Below the pieces are notes generated by a model. That model was not told where the DNA came from. It worked only from the letters and a program-made list of their open reading frames with translations, and ran no database searches. DNA of 63,825 nucleotides, counting the filler, from Octopus bimaculoides (lineage: Eukaryota): the NCBI RefSeq assembly GCF_001194135.2. It is 6 parts of 6 records of this genome, joined end to end, with 100 filler letters (N's around TTAATTAATTAA, not from the genome) between each part and the next. Parts side by side here need not be neighbours in the genome. Positions count along the whole stretch, not along the records: positions 1 to 18,781 come from NC_068983.1; positions 18,882 to 40,766 come from NC_068994.1; 4 more parts are not named here. One strand, 5' to 3'. This document shows positions 12,430 to 25,753 of the stretch, in pieces (the stretch's first letter is position 1; the number at the start of each line of letters is the position of its first letter). Made by a program: the position numbers and the translations under genes.

Positions 12430-13900
12430 AAATACAGAAAAAAAACTCCTTAGTGCACACATGAGTATCTCGTGCAACATTACATAACAAAGACAACACA
12501 CTGCAAACAATGACATACTTGCATTATATGGGCTTAGGAAAGACCACAAAGCTATCCCTGATCCAGTTACTGGACCTCCAGCAAGACCATTTTGCGCAGC
12601 CAATATCTCCAGCAACTACAGGCTGTCATATTTTCCCTTAATGATCATACGCTTTCTAATAGAGATGTCTCTAGATGTCTGTGACAACAATAAAGATCCC
12701 TTTAGAAGAATCAGTTGTAACACTTCAATAACCTTACAGATTGCATCATAATTAGAATAGATGTATTATCATTACATCCATCTATTGATATTAATTATCC
12801 AGTAGAAAAATGCATGGACTTCTCGTAGGCTTGCATACAATGATGAGTACTCAGTGACGTTCTGAAAATCTTTTGCTCCATCAGAACAGAACGGTAGTCT
12901 ACCACCGTTACATTGACAGAAAAGAAGATCCTCAAATGATTGCGAGGAAGACTGGACTAAGCCAATCCGAGTTTCAAGAAACCATAACCACATAAGATGA
13001 CTGCACGTGTGGTTGGTGCTAGCATAAAAACTAGAAAGATGCATTTATTTAAATTTGATAATAAATTATATAATCAAGAGAAGGGCGATAGCATTGGTGG
13101 AGATGTAGCAAACATCCTCATGGCATACTGGGATAAACAACTCAAACGGCACCTAATAAGGACATTCATATTTCTATCAATGCACATGAAAAACATTGCA
13201 ATTCAAACCACAGGTTGTGTTGGGAAAAAGCTTGCTTCACAGCCACAGGGTTCCGGATGCAGTCTCTGTGCGTGGCACCTTGGGTCTTGGATCGACCAAA
13301 CCCTTGTGAGTGGACTTGGTAGACGGAAACTAAAAGAAACCCGTTGCATATATACATATACATATATATATATATACTTGGGTGTGTATGTGTGTGTTTG
13401 TATCTGTGTTAGTCCCCAAATACCATATGACAACCGGTGTTGGTGTATTTACGTCCCCGTAGTTAACGGTTCGGCAAAAGAAACCGATAGAATAAGTACC
13501 AAGCTTAACAAAAAATAAATACTGGGATCGATTCATTCGGCTAAAAATTCTTCAAGGTAGTGCCCCAGCATGGCCGCAGTCTAATAACGGAATCAAGTAA
13601 AAGATAAAAGAACATGTAAAAGATCCTAAAGATAGCAAACGTAATTTAGGAAAGCATTATAGATCACCGTTCAAACACCCAAACAAAAAGCCACCAGTTC
13701 TAGATACAGAACTATGACTAGAAACTGTAAGTAACGAGAGACAAATACTTTACTCACAGTGTATAAAAGAACCCTGTGAACAATAAGCTCCTCTGCTGCG
13801 TCAACAAACACAAAAACGAATATCTTTTAGTAAACCTAGCGCGAATGAAATTCATTTGCTTTTAAGCAGCTGGAAGACATACTGAGAAATCTAGCGCGGT
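12430..13900 (+). mobile_element. Degenerate Penelope-like reverse transcriptase
   Basis: LYGLRKDHK...PARP (cf. LYGLPKIHK..P.RP), FKFDNKLYNQEKGDSIG...ANILM, PVLDT motifs. Frameshifted and split by a SINE. Confidence 0.7.
13205..13610 (+). mobile_element. CORE-like tRNA SINE inserted in a Penelope RT remnant
   Basis: GGTTCCGGATGCAGTC B-box-like head, GGCACCTTGGG, CCAGCATGGCCGCAGTC...GTAAAAGA tail. Confidence 0.8.
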
Positions 13901-14199
13901 CCAATAATTTGAAGACAAACTGGATCTGTTGGTGATACTAGTTCATTTTTTACGGATGTAAAACCTGGTATAAAAGTTAATTATTTAAAAGTTAATCACT
14001 TTCACTCATTGGAGAGCAGCCATGGTAAAGCACTACCTCCAGGGGTTTAGTAAATCATATTAATATCTACTTATTTGAGTCTGGTACTGAAATATCGACC
14101 ACATAAAAAAGAAAAATGGACCATCATGTATTGTTTATCGACTTCGTAATTTACGAGACATAAAGAGACACAGTATAAACACACACGCACACACACATA

Positions 14200-14240
<41 letters not shown>

Positions 14241-14989
14241 TAACCGTGCAGAAGGTCATTGTATACATAAATACATATAAGATAACAAGTTCAGGTTTAT
14301 ATCTGTAATTATTGGAGCCCTGAGATATGTATCACACTGCCTAAATACCTATCTTGGGAAATTAGGCTTTTCAAAACCAGAAAAGAGAAAGCTAATTCGA
14401 AAACTATCCAATCCATCACTGGAACTGTAAAAATCTGTAAAACTTTCCAGAAGTTTAGCATAGTTTAGCATTCAAATATATATGAGCATGTCTACATATG
14501 CAACTATATGCATGAGAATACATACATAAAGCAAAACATACAAATCTGGACATATACATACATACAAACAAAAATACCCTGCTGATGATGTTAAAATTCC
14601 AATGAAGGAGCCTTGAATCTAGGTTAGAAACCGGCTCTTTCTCTATTGGCAAGAAAGCTTAAAATAAAACTGAACAATGACATACATACATACATACATA
14701 CATACATACATACATACATACATACATGCGTACAAACAAGCAACCCGTTAAATTAGAATTAGACAGTAAACGAAATAGTAAATAAATATCTGAAGACTAC
14801 AAAGACTCAGATTATGAAAATAACCTATGAAACCATTAATCTTCTGATATAGTTCCCAGTTATTACATTACTAGTGCATCACAAAAAGCCGAAGCCACGC
14901 AAACGAGATTGAAGTGGAAAACCTGGATGAGCATGGGCAGGTAACTTAAAAAATGAAATTTTATTCCTGCGATAAAGTATCTCACAAGG

Positions 14990-17410
14990 CGTAATAGTTA
15001 AGAAATGTAACACAGAAAACATATTTACACATCAGAAACACTTCAGAAAAAATCTTAAGAAGCGATTTGGTGAAATATGATTCAAAAACCTAAACTCCAA
15101 ATTGCACCAGCTAAAACAACTCACAGCTACTGCTCAAAAACTAAAATATAAATCTACTGCATATAAATGACAAATGCTCAATAAATTATTTGCTAGAGAT
15201 CTCGAGTCAGTTTATTGCTGCTTTAATGTGAAAGGCCCCATCTCTGTAAAAGAAATCCCAACAAAAGATCAAGTTGGTGGTTACTGGAGATCTGTATGGG
15301 AAACAAATGATAAATTCAACAAACAAGCCATATGGCTAAAAGAAATGGAGCAGGGCTGCTGCCAGTATCTCCAGCAAAAGCAATATGAAAAAATAGACAG
15401 TGAAATACTGGAAACAGATCTACAGAAAATGTCAAACAGGAAATCTCCAAGTCCAGACCTCATAACAGGTTACTGGCTGAAGAATATCACCTTTTATAGG
15501 TAAGATCTCATACCATTGTATGGAGAAAGTATCAAGGGCACATAAGCACTTCCCCAATGGTTATCAACTGCAACTACTCTCCTCATCCTCGAGAATAACC
15601 AAACCACCTTTGCTAAAAATGACTGCCATTAACCTGCCAGAACATCATGTGCAAATTATACATTAGATGCCTCAATATGTTCTTGCAGGATCGTTGTGCC
15701 ACCAACATTTCAACACCTGAGCAAGCTGGAGGAAAGAAGGAGGTGAGGGGATGCATACAGCAGCTACTAATTAACAAAATGAACCAGGAAAATCATAGGA
15801 ACTTTACTGCTGTTTGACTTGACTGAAAAAAAACAAAGGCTTTTTGCAGTATCTCACATGGTTGGATTATGAGTGCCTTACAGTCAACCAAAATCCCACA
15901 ACCACAATTGAGCGCTGTTGAACCAAGTCTTGGTACACCATTTTGCTCCTTAGGAGTGATAAAGAGCAGTGTGAGTCGGATAGCATTCACCACCAAAAAG
16001 CATCTTTCAAAGTGATAGCCTGTCAGTGTTGCTCTTTGTCCTCTCATTAAACCCACTATCATACCTCCTCACAAAACATAGTGGCCATAGAAATGGATCT
16101 AGAAATATCTCCCATCTTTTCTTTATAGACAACCTGAAATTGTATCGACCGCATAAAAAAAAAATTAGACCTCATAACCCAATTTTCTACAGACATTGGA
16201 ATGAAATTTGGTGAGTCCCAAATGTGCATTTTTAACAATAAAAGGTGGAAAAGTTGTGCCCTCTTCGGAAAACCTAAAAACTTAAAAATTAACGTAACGG
16301 CTTGACAATACAACCTCTGCAGGACAAGGTGAGGATGTCAGATATGAAAGACCCATGAATTAGGAGAGGACCAGGAAAGAATACTTCAGGAGAGTTAAGA
16401 GAATATGGTCATCAGAACTCTCAGCTTATAACAAGCAAATTGTCATCACACCTATGTTTGGCCTTCTGAACTGGTCACTACAATAACACAATGGGATAGA
16501 TGCTTGAACTCACAAGCTGCTCAGTGTTACAGAAAACTTCGGCATCAATGGAGATGTAGACAGGCTATATTTCCCACGCAATTATGGCGGCCGTGGTCTG
16601 AAATCTGTATTGATATCATATGAAGCGCGTGTTGTGACACTAAAACATCTGCAGCAGAGGAAAGAGACCAGTAACTATCTTGCTCAAGATGGTGACCATG
16701 AAGTCAACAACATAAATAGGATAGTTAATGAACTTGAGAAGAGATATAAAATAAGAGCTGGTACAGATCTCCCCCCAAGGAGCATTGGTTAAATCTATTT
16801 ATCAGGACAGAATGATATTAAAATATGAACCAGTTCACTGAGAAGATAGTACGAGTACGTGGGGTGCTTTGCACGAAAAATACAAACCATACAAGGGATT
16901 GATCATGACAAAAGCTTGGCATGGAGTACCGACAAGTTTATGACATCCCACTTTTAAGGCTACCTCCATGCAATTCAAGACCAAGAGATCCTAACCAAGT
17001 ACCTACAGCAAAAGAGGTAGAAAATGTTTACAGACAACAAATGTAGACTACGCAAAACCAAGACGTCAGACATCAACCACATTATTGTCAATTGCAGGAG
17101 AATGTCTTCCAGGTATTATTTTCCTACGAGGCGTGATGCGGTGGCCAGAAACAGTCTGGAACAGCATGACAAAAAGAAAACATGTACAAACAAGGTTGAC
17201 CATATTGAGACCGATGGGTCAGAAGAATATTAGTAGAACTTAAAAATTAAAACAGTCACCAAGTTAAAACATAACCGGTCAAATGTTGCTGTATGGGATC
17301 ATAAGGAAAAGATACACTCTGTTGTGGAAATCAGCTGACCGCTGGATATCAATGTAATTAGAAAAATACGTGAGAAATAGAACATCTATGGACCATTAAC
17401 AAGGAGGTGG
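14990..17410 (+). mobile_element. Decayed Dong/R4-like (RLE) non-LTR retrotransposon
   Basis: NKLF...PTKDQV..YW.SVW, QSDSLSVLLFVLSLNPL, FIDNLKLY (RT), CRL..HIIVNC...RRDAVA knuckle, endonuclease tail. Many stops. Confidence 0.85.
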
Positions 17411-18781
17411 GGTGGAGTAACAATCGACCGCCTTAACCAGACAGACATGCTTAAGATTCATAAAATATTCAGTCAATGCTTGGAAAGTGGAATTTTTAAA
17501 GCATATGACAGTGCTTCAGAAATTATTACAAAAACAATTAATAATTTAACTATATAGGATGAAATTTATACACAATTGTATTTATATGCTAAACCTTATA
17601 CATTTGTTTGAGAAACTGTACTTGTTGTTTGTTAACAGTTGTCTACTAACACCTATGTGAAAAATATCACAACTTCTTTATAGGTTAAAAGTTGGTTTTT
17701 AAATAGCTGTAAACAGTTTCTTCTCAACATTACCTTGATCAGAAATACGCTAAGTCTAGTTAAGGTCTTAAATGGTTCAGAAAAACAGTAAATTTAATAG
17801 CTGCATGGTAATACTAAAGAGTTTTCGCGAAGACGAGCGTGTGCGTTTACATCTACACGCATCCTCTGTGTGTGTGTGTGCATGTATATATATATATATA
17901 TATATATGTACACACACATGTAAGGACCGATAGATAGGTACTAAGTAGGTACACGTGTAAGTTGGTAGGTACGTAGATATATATATATATATATATATAT
18001 ATNNNNNNNNNNNNNNNNNNNNNNNNNNNNNNNNNNNNNNNNNNNNNNNNNNNNNNNNNNNNNNNNNNNNNNNNNNNNNNNNNNNNNNNNNNNNNNNNNN
18101 NNNNNNNNNNNNNNNNNNNNNNNNNNNNNNNNNNNNNNNNNNNNNNNNNNNNNNNNNNNNNNNNNNNNNNNNNNNNNNNNNNNNNNNNNNNNNNNNNNNN
18201 NNNNNNNNNNNNNNNNNNNTTTCAAAGGATTACAACCTGTGTGATCCATAGGGATCTTTGATATTAAAATTGTAACCTTCTCATCAGGGAAAGCATGGGA
18301 ATCATCTTAAACGTAAGACATTATGACCGATTATGAAAACAATAGATGGATAAGGTTATGACTTGATTCATTTGAAAAAAACCGTTAGAGAATTGGACGC
18401 TGCCGGATAGTGGGTTGGACAACACATACCAATCAATGTGTGAGAGCGTACATGCATACATAAATACACATACACAAACACACACATATACATGCATACT
18501 GATACACACACACACATATCCATATATATATGCGCATATACACATACATACACATGTGCACCCGTATATACATATGTATACATATATATACATATATACA
18601 CACACATACATATATATACATATATGTGTGTATATATATGCGTATATATATATGTGTGTGTCTGTGTATGTATCTGTATGTGTGTGTGTGTGTATGTATA
18701 TATCTGTATGTATGTATGTATACATGTATACCTGTGTGTGGGGGTGTATGTATGCTTGTGAGTATATATATGTATATATAT

Positions 18782-18881
18782 NNNNNNNNNNNNNNNNNNN
18801 NNNNNNNNNNNNNNNNNNNNNNNNNTTAATTAATTAANNNNNNNNNNNNNNNNNNNNNNNNNNNNNNNNNNNNNNNNNNNN
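18782..18881. other. Artificial scaffold join: 44 N + TTAATTAATTAA + 44 N
   Basis: Exactly 100 bp. The 12-mer has stops in all six frames and recurs five times. Confidence 0.95.
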
Positions 18882-19038
18882 ATTAATATATTCAACATTT
18901 AATCATCACTACCAACCTACAATACGACACACTACTCTCTCGATGGCAAATATAAACTTAAAACATGGCAACTACGCATACATATAGACTTTCACTTTCA
19001 CTGAAAACATGGACGTTTTGTTTGGTACCGGAAAAGAA

Positions 19039-19106
<68 letters not shown>

Positions 19107-19516
19107 TAATAACAATAATAATGATAATAATAATAACACCAATCTATTCAAATATGATGCAAAGTATTATTTGTGTGTCTGTTTGTAAGTTCTAAGTCTT
19201 CGAGTTTTGGGTTTAAGTATATATACGTACATACGCACACATATACACATGCTCACATACACTTATATTACGCATACACACCTATATATATATATATGTG
19301 TATGTGTGTGGGTGTGTGTCTGTGTGTGTATGTGTATATGTATATATACATATATGTATGTATGTCTATATATACATGTGTGTTTCTGTGTGTCTGTGTA
19401 TTTGTATATATGTAGTACATCATATTTATTGCGTTATCGTAGTTCCAGTTACTTTATTGTTCCGTAACTTTAAGTTTCATGTTTGCAGCAAAAGACATCA
19501 TATAAATACAAGAACC

Positions 19517-19556
<40 letters not shown>

Positions 19557-20129
19557 GATCATAGATATACGCATGTATAGTGATGATGGGTTGGCTTTGT
19601 CACATGTTTGATATATAATATGTAATTAGCGCCTTCAGTAAATTCTATATTAAAATAACAATATCCAAAAACATGAGCATAGTTAACGTTTTAGACATTA
19701 CATTCAATCTAAATACAAATAAATATAAGCCTTGAAGTACATCAACAAAGATTCCAACGCTGTGTCCATTGTCTTCAAAAGCCTAATTTAAATATTGGTT
19801 CGAAGCATCTCTATGCTAACTTCAAATAAAGATATCTTTGATATAGTTTCCCCCATTGATAGTTTCAAGTGTTGGCACAAGGCCAGTAATTTCGAAGAAT
19901 GTACACAGATAATGTATATTACACCCTTAAATCCCTTTCAAAACAGCTAAAAATCTTTTAAGCTTAATCAGTAAACATTTTCCAATAAGCTATTGTTGCC
20001 GGATATTATTCAATGGAAAAAAAAAGGAACTAAGATATAGCTGCTCAATAATCATAACAAATATTTTTTCTAGAAACTAGTTAAACAACTAGAAGTAAAT
20101 TGTAGAAAAGCAAAGATTCATGTTTTTCT

Positions 20130-20440
20130 CAGTCAGTCATGAGAAGTCGAGACAATTATCTACGAGACCGGGGTCATCATAACGAAACAAAAACCTACAT
20201 GCAGAGAGCAAACATTGTTTTGGCATGTCGGATGATAAATTCAAATATCGTTTTACAATCATATGTATTCCTTCGGAAATTTAGAGAAAAGGAATATTAC
20301 CAAACTGTCCAACTGTATTTAAAAATAGAAGAAAACAACAAAATACCACTAGAGAATTCTTAAAGGTTACAAACCAAACAGTAACGCGATAAGCATCTCT
20401 AGCTTGTGCAATACTGAGAAGTATTTCATACAAATGGATC
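20130..20440 (+). mobile_element. Penelope-like GIY-YIG endonuclease remnant
   Basis: GMSDDKFKYRFYNHMYSF...TKLSNCI...SLCNTEKYFI, matching the G.T...FK.RY.NH..SF...T.LS..IW...C.LC..EK pattern. Confidence 0.7.
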
Positions 20441-20937
20441 TTAACAAATGTAATGACTGTTTATTCAGATGTCAGATTTAACAGTTGCAGCAAATGCAGA
20501 CACTTCAAGAAATTCATTTTAATATCCTGGAAACAAATTAAATGGCTTCCCGCGATGAAACGCATTATAAAAACACTCTTACATATACATACACACTCAC
20601 ATATATATACACACACGCATACATACACAGCGTATATTTGAACATTTTAGAATTTGGAAAAATTTTAGAATTGATAAACTTAAATATCTAACGTAAAGGA
20701 GTTGATCTTCCTCTCAGAAGCAAAGAGTTACACTTCATTAAAGACTATATTTTACGTACATGCGCAACCGACAGTACAATACCAGACCAGCGCGCGGAAA
20801 GTTCTTGTGTTCATCTGATGATCTTTATAAGCAAAGATTTTGACTATAAACATGAAACTCTTAATGATGTTACAATAAGTTAGCTACAACCATGACATCA
20901 CAATATTTCGCTGTACTACGTCATGGACAACACGTGT

Positions 20938-20943
20938 TTTATT
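20938..20943 (-). other. Candidate AATAAA polyadenylation signal for HDC
   Basis: Hexamer about 360 nt downstream of the stop codon. Motif only, in AT-rich sequence. Confidence 0.25.
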
Positions 20944-21304
20944 CGCGATAACAATTGTAATTTAAACATATATAACATATACGCACGCGTGAGCGCTCAC
21001 ACACACACGCAAACACATGCATGTATGCACACGCATTTATACCTATATAGCTTTCACTGTGTTTCTGTTTAAAATGTTCTGTTGAAATGTTTTTTGTTGT
21101 GTGTACGTGTGCGATATTTCATGGAGTTACACCAGTTTTCATTTCCTTAAAATTACATAGAACCATCTAGACACTATTAATGATAATCCAATAAAACAAT
21201 CTCTCTTTAATCTATCTCAATTCCGGTTGGCTTGTTGGTTGGTCGGTTTACTTTATATTTGGCTGGATTTGCTCTTTCCGCCGCCGCCGCTGCAGTTTTT
21301 CTTT

Positions 21305-22288
21305 TCACACAATCGATTTACCACAGTGAGGACACATATGTAAACCGTTGGATATCTTAACAGGGGAACTGTTGTTATTGGCAGCAGTTTCACCGGTGAG
21401 CCTTTTCGGTGTCAGCTTCTTGATTTTATCGAGGAAAGACGAGGCTTTCTCTTGCGATGCAGCTAATACGGAATGCAATTGATTCTGTTGCAGCTGCAGC
21501 ACCTGAAACTGTTGTTTTTGTTGTTGTTCTTCTTGCTGTTGGTTTTGTGCATCAAGTTCTTGTTGTTCTTCCTCCTCGTCTTTATTATTTTCTTTTCCGT
21601 CTTCTTTGTCGTTTTTCTTCCCATGAGTCTCGTCGAAACCATTGCTGTAGTAGTTGTCTGGGGTGGAGTCGAGAATGTCGTCAACTTTGGTGTCCAGCGA
21701 ACCCTGCTTGAATCTAGCGGTTCCCGTAGACATACGTCTGCCAGGAATCAGAGTGCTGAAGTCCAAACTGTGTTGCTTGGCCTGCTCCCTCAGTTTGACG
21801 CCGCGCCGTGGTGACAAGCGAATTGGTCGGCCGTTGATGTCGCTACTAGTCAGGTGACGCGCAAACTCCAAAATGGTTTCGTTATTATCGAAAATTGCTG
21901 CAAAGCTACCATTTATGAATTTTGGTGAGCAGGGTACATGACTCAGAATCAGACTCATTCCAAAATCACGTCTTTTCATTGACAGCGTTCGTTCGAGCTT
22001 TGTTTCCTCCGATGACGTAGTTATAGCTTTCTCTTCGGGTATTTCCGGTATGTCCCGTATGAGTTCGTCCTCTTTGGTTTTGTTCATTAGTAAACTCAAG
22101 TCTCTCAATACAACACTAGAAGTGTCCTGGATGGTTTTGAAGTCGCTTCGGATGTCTTCCTCCGTAGTGTACTGCGAGGTCACCGTGAATCTTATGACAT
22201 ATTTTCCCTTGAAAGAAGCTGGGACCATGTGAAGTTTGCCCGATTTGTTCAACAACTTCAGAAGGAGTTCAGTAAGTTCATTTTCACC
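21305..22288 (-). CDS. HDC: HDC terminal coding exon, 327 aa (GENELTELLLK...RFTVTSQYTT...long C-terminal tail...HMCPHCGKSIV*)
   Basis: tctttcag acceptor, open frame to TGA at 21305-21307. IRFTVTSQ.TT motif and SP..(I/V)NGSFAAIFD tail motif recalled from invertebrate HDCs. Confidence 0.95.
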   Translation of the reverse strand, partial: GENELTELLLKLLNKSGKLHMVPASFKGKYVIRFTVTSQYTTEEDIRSDFKTIQDTSSVVLRDLSLLMNKTKEDELIRDIPEIPEEKAITTSSEETKLERTLSMKRRDFGMSLILSHVPCSPKFINGSFAAIFDNNETILEFARHLTSSDINGRPIRLSPRRGVKLREQAKQHSLDFSTLIPGRRMSTGTARFKQGSLDTKVDDILDSTPDNYYSNGFDETHGKKNDKEDGKENNKDEEEEQQELDAQNQQQEEQQQKQQFQVLQLQQNQLHSVLAASQEKASSFLDKIKKLTPKRLTGETAANNNSSPVKISNGLHMCPHCGKSIV

Positions 22289-22334
22289 CTGAAAGAAAGA
22301 AAGAAACAAATAAATAATAATAATAATAATAATA

Positions 22335-22375
<41 letters not shown>

Positions 22376-22390
22376 AATAATAATAATAAT

Positions 22391-22592
22391 GGTTTCAAAT
22401 TTTGCCACAAGAGCAGCAATTTTGGGGGAGGGGACGAGTCGATTATATCGACCCCAGTGCGTAACTGGTACTTATTTTATCGATCTCGAAAGGACGAAAG
22501 GCAAAGTTGACCTCGGCGGAATTTGAACTCGGAACATAGTGACGGCCGAAATGCCGCTAAGCATTTTTGAGATTCTGCCAGTTCGCTGCTTT
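22391..22592 (-). mobile_element. MetaSINE-like SINE in the last HDC intron, with (ATT/ATC)n tail
   Basis: Similarity to the other copies. Its 3' end runs directly into the 22313-22390 microsatellite. Confidence 0.8.
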
Positions 22593-22624
22593 AATAATAA
22601 TAGTGATGATGATGATAATAATAA

Positions 22625-22979
22625 ATGGACGAAAAGGGGAAAGCAAAAATCCTCTGGGAGTTTGATTTCCAGACAGACAAAGTGTTAGAGCACCAAAGAC
22701 CGGATATAGTAACCTTTAGGAGGGACAAACTAGAGTGCCTAATGATTGACATGGCAGGGCCAGGAGATCAAGATGTCATCACGAAAGAAAGAGAAAAGGG
22801 GGATAAATCTGGAGACCTGAGAATTGAGATCACTAAGATGTGGCTGCTACGAGAGTCGAACATAAAGGTTATTCCTATTGACATCGGAGCATTTGGTTCA
22901 ATACCAACCAATCTAAAAAAAAATCAAAAACACTGAAAGCTTAAGAAATACGCTACAATCTAGGTGTATTGCAAAAATC
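22625..22979 (+). mobile_element. Dong/R4-like endonuclease 3' fragment, antisense within HDC intron
   Basis: ILWEFDFQTDKVLEHQRPDIV...CLMIDMAGPGD...VIPIDIGAFG. Confidence 0.85.
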
Positions 22980-22985
22980 ACTTAC

Positions 22986-23087
22986 CTTCAGTCTAAAAAC
23001 AACCATACCCAGGTGACGTTCGGCAGGTATTTCAAATCTTTCATCTTGTTTCATCAACGTCTCAAACAAAATGGCCAACTTGACTCC
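22986..23087 (-). CDS. HDC: HDC exon (GVKLAILFETLMKQDERFEIPAERHLGMVVFRLK)
   Basis: caacag acceptor, gtaagt donor, 102 nt. FEIPA.RHLG.VVFRLK is HDC-typical. Confidence 0.95.
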
Positions 23088-24399
23088 CTGTTGTTGCACA
23101 GGAGGCAAATGGAAAGAAATCGGGTTTGTTAGGTTTGGTTTGGCTAAAGAACAACTGAAGACCAATTCCTCACACACACACACACACATCTAGCTATCGC
23201 TCACTCGCTCACTCACACACACACATACAGACACTCACACACTCACACACCATTCACTCAATGACTCTCTCTCTCTCTCTCTCTCATACACACACACACA
23301 CACACACACTATGATACACCAATACATTTACATACACAGCAGGGTTGTCAAACGGCCCTCAGCAGAGTTTCGTCCGGTTCCCGATTCAATTTTATATTAA
23401 AAAAAACCCACCCAAAAATTGCTGTATCTCGAGAGGGTCATTTTACCAGTTTTAATGCTGTTTATTGTTACTGACTTCATACATGTATAGGTGGTGGTGG
23501 TAGTGGTGGTGGTGGTGGTGATGGTGATGCAGGTGTTGGTGTTGATGGTAGCAGTGGCGGTGAATGGAAGTGGTGGTAGCAGTGATGGTTGTAGTGTTGT
23601 TGTTGCTGGTGGTGGTGGTGTTAGTGGCGGCGGTGATGGCGGAGGTGAAGAAGGTGTGATGGAGATGAGAAGAGTTTTGTTGAGTGCAGGCAACACCTTT
23701 GGAAACTTTATGAACAGAAAACCATTTTGTGGTTCCATCCTAAGGAATTTTGCTGTGTAGGAGAGACATTGGCAAAATTTGTTGAGATTTTATTGGAAAG
23801 TTGCCAAAAAGAGCGGCAGCAATTTGAAAGTCAGGAGAGATGGTCATTTGTGTAACGTCCGATGGCTTCGTTTCTTATTTAGGTTATGGTAATCTCTCGA
23901 TCGAGCTGTGCCTTGTGTTCTTGAGCAAAACACTTCACTCCTCGATTCACACTTTAATCTTCAGACCACTCAGCTGTCAATGAGCATCCCTGTAATGAAC
24001 TGGTGTCTCGTTCAGAAGCAACATCATGGTCCCGGTCCCTAATACGCCATGGAAACCGGGCAAATGACCTTGCAAGTCCCAAGGTTCGAGACAGTAATTT
24101 ATTTTTAAAATTAATCTCACAGTTACTATGGTGAAAAAAAAAAAACAGTGGTCGAAGTGAGTAATTTTAATTTAAATCGTCTTTTCTTCTATCGACTCAT
24201 CCAGGAGATGCTTATCTCTCATCTTCTTAACGCCGTGGAAACCAGGATTAAGCAATCAGCCCTTTGGATAGCTTAGATGACAAGAAACCAACGTAATATT
24301 TTATGGCTTCTGATCTCTTACCATCAATAAGTTTTAAAAGCAACAACAACGACAAAGACAACAACAATATTAAGGAATAAAAATAAACGATAGACTCAC

Positions 24400-24498
24400 G
24401 TGACGTATGTGTTTCTGAAGACCTTCCACGCCGAAGGATCGGATGACGAACCATAATTTTAGGGCTCGAAACCGTTTGCTGAGAGGAATTTGCCAATG
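24400..24498 (-). CDS. HDC: HDC exon ([33 protein letters not shown])
   Basis: ttccag acceptor, gtgagt donor, 99 nt. HWQIPLS has Ser at the position that is Ser in HDC and Gly in DDC. Confidence 0.96.
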
Positions 24499-24504
24499 CT
24501 GGAA

Positions 24505-24545
<41 letters not shown>

Positions 24546-24643
24546 CAATAAGAATATACAAAAATATTGAGTATCATGTATAACATCATAATGCCAAACG
24601 GTATACGCACTCACGCACACACGTGAATATATACTGAGAGAAA

Positions 24644-24704
<61 letters not shown>

Positions 24705-25464
24705 GGGGAGGGGGGAGTAAGAAGTTAAAATTCAATTCAAATTCTCGCAGTGAATTAGAATTGAATCACGTAGTTGAAATCTTGAATAATAAGAGATTAA
24801 AAGAAACACATTTTGATTAAAAAAAAAAGGTTAAAATTAAATTTTAACGAGTTTTCTACACAGTGTAGACTTTAAAAATCACTTTGTCTTAGTAAAAGTT
24901 ACCCAGTCATAACAAATGAATAATCAGCTTTCTCCGTTATAAATACAGATTTCTACCATATTCTATCTTGCTCTGAGTTCAACATGCGCCGGAATTGGCT
25001 CAGGATTAGGTTGAGGATCAATTGGCAACAAATGTGTAGATAAGTATTTATGTGTTTCTGTAGACTTAGAAGAAGAATCTATTAAAATATCTCACAATCC
25101 GTTAACAACCATTATGATCGACATCTTCCTGGAAAAAAGGAAGTATGACATTTTTTTCCTTTCCATCAACGTCATTATCTATTTGCGCCACATGTGGTTT
25201 TCTTTCAAAAGAACTAACATTTGACACTCAAGGAATATCATTCAAATAATTTTTATGAACGCATTCATACAACATTTGACATTTAAACAAGAATCCATAT
25301 TTATATTCTCTTTCCTTTCACAACACATCTTTTATGTTGCTTTTTGTTAAATGCTAACCATTTCCAGCCGTTTTTCTTGCGTTCCTCTCTAATTCTAAAT
25401 TTTCCTTCTCACTTTCTGTAACAAATGACGTTTTATAACTGCTGTGTATAAAATTGCTGCCAAA

Positions 25465-25522
<58 letters not shown>

Positions 25523-25710
25523 CACACACACACGCATGCACGCACGCACGCACGTACGCACGCACGCACGTACACACATAAACATGCTTACACACACGAA
25601 TATTGAATTGAGTCGAACGAATGAGAAAGAAGTACTCAATACACGTGGTAGAATATACGGTTAATTCAAATTGGATTTTTTTATCACGCGACTCGAGTTT
25701 TAACAAACCT

Positions 25711-25753
<43 letters not shown>

